Assembly (NCBI GenBank): GCA_030704615.1
Contig: CM060733.1
Span: 12,586,001-12,650,000 of the forward strand
Length of the DNA: 64,000 nt
From: Takakia lepidozioides
Taxonomy: Eukaryota; Plantae; Bryophyta
Reading direction: 5' to 3'
The translations under genes were made by a program, and so were the position numbers. Of this stretch, positions 62,227 to 64,000 are shown one piece after another (position 1 is the stretch's first letter; every line of letters begins with the position of its first letter). The notes below the pieces were generated by a model that saw nothing but the letters and a program-made list of their open reading frames with translations, was not told the origin of the DNA and searched no databases.

Positions 62227-64000
62227 AGGCTCTTAGCTGTTCTTGTGCGATTTTGATATTTAACCTCCTCTTGAGGCTGGGTGTTGTAAAGGGATTGTAT
62301 ATGTGTATTTGGCTATTGGAAAGTGACCCATCTTCTTGCTCAGAACCCTTGGGATGGTGCTATCGAAATGCCCTAGTGCAATGGACGATTGTAGTTGACG
62401 TAAGTTCAAATGAAATCTCATTTTAGTTCTTCGGCTTGTGTCAATGTAGTTAGTTATCTCTGTTAGCAGCTCAGCAGATGTTTGTCAGAATGCTGCCTTT
62501 CTGTGCATTCCTCAGTATTTCATTGCCGTTCAATGCCGATGTCTCTGGGTGCACTTCAAGCAGTGAGTTTGCAGATTTTCCTCCACCTCATTCCAATACA
62601 ATGCATGTGTTAGGCATGTACCAGATCTGTTAGACACTTTTCAGCTCACGGATCTCCTTAGTTTGTCACCTACCCAAAATGCGTACCTGTTTGTCTGCTT
62701 AGATGCAGCAGCGCTCTAACTCTTCTCATACACCTGGAGTGGCTCGTAAAATGTAGCGTGCTCTCAGACCCCAATTTACCCGCAGTGTCTGTGACCTCCA
62801 CATTGGCCATGAAATCAGCCTACAACCAAGCAAGGCCCTCCACTACTAGTCCAATTTGACGCAATTCTTCGAAGCTGAAGTGGTTGGTCTAAAACAATCG
62901 TGACAATCTAACATTGTCAAGGCTGAACAGCTTTGGAGCTTTTGCTACTCTTTTATCTTCAAGGATACTTGAAACCCATACAAATGTCCCATGCGAACAA
63001 CACCTTGCTTACTGTACCTAAATCCCCTGATGTCGCATCAAAATCAGGATCTGTGCTTCACAGCCAATGATGCTGCTTCAGATAGCGAAAAGCAAATTGA
63101 GACCTAGGATATCTTTGTGGAATGTTACGTTAAACCCATTTGGTACTCACGCTACATGAATCACATCACATTCGAGGAGTATGCAGTGCCGACTACCTCG
63201 TCTCGAGTGTCACTGTCGGTCCGACCACTTGTTCCGACCACCTACGAGCTGTCATCGTCGTCCCACAGATGCATTTCTCTCGCTGACACTGGAATCTGTC
63301 TGATTTCTTCAGGCCGTTGGTTGGCATTGTCCGTAGTTCATCTTGACTTAATCTTTTGTTTTGTTGATTCTACTTTTATCTCCTCTGCTGGAGACTTCTT
63401 GCTCTCCTGTTCAATCACGCCATGTTCTGGTTTCCAAGGACACATCTATGTTGACGTTCTTTCAATTTTGTCCAGTGCGACACGTTTGGAGTACTTATCT
63501 GGACCTCGCTGGGAATCGAATGGCAAAATGCTGGTGAAGTCTCTCGCGTGAAGCTGAGGGCAGGAAAACCCTAGGAAGCAGTGATGAAAGGACTGATAAG
63601 CACGCCAGCCATGGATTGTTATGGTTTATGTCAGTTTCATCTCATTGCTAGTAGAAATAGCCGATGGCAAACTCTGTCTTTATAAGGCCGGCTGTGAGGG
63701 CTGAGGTTGGTTTTTTAAGCTTACCTTTTTCATTCATGAGCCATGAGGCTGTAAGGGCCTCTTCCCATGTGCCCCCTCACCTGCGGATGAGATGGGTTCA
63801 CCGTGGAGAGGTTTATGCTTTTGCTACAGCAGGATATGGAGCTGTTTGTCACCAGTGGGGCCTAATAGTCCGCTACAAACCCCCCTCACCCCAGAGGGCT
63901 GCAGTCGCTTTTGACAAGAGCTGGGGTATATGATCAACTTGAGGGGACGGATGAGGAGGTGATTAGACAGGGAGCAACATAGGGTTGTTAAGGTTCGGGG

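Noticed and set aside
63117-63933. ORFs at the right edge
   Set aside because: No recognisable domain or defensible exon structure.

Overview
Eukaryotic nuclear DNA from a land plant with flagellated sperm; the plastocyanin looks bryophyte/moss-like, which is an inference. Four genes appear intact: an 8-exon SPAG6/PF16 axonemal armadillo gene (509 aa), an intronless ankyrin-repeat/PGG membrane protein, a 5-exon C-terminal J-domain protein and plastocyanin. Most of the rest is nested mobile DNA. It includes a complete 11.7-kb CACTA element (TIRs plus TTA TSD) inserted in a LINE tail, and a piggyBac transposase with TTAA-flanked 17-bp TIRs 21.8 kb apart. There are also hAT elements stacked at one GTTTAAAC site, MULE-type MITEs and stacked LINE fragments. 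The most unusual signal is a dispersed, scrambled gene family (5 loci here) in which OSB-type 'PDF' ssDNA-binding motifs are fused in frame to a PLS-class PPR array. All family assignments come from motif recognition by eye; no searches were run.
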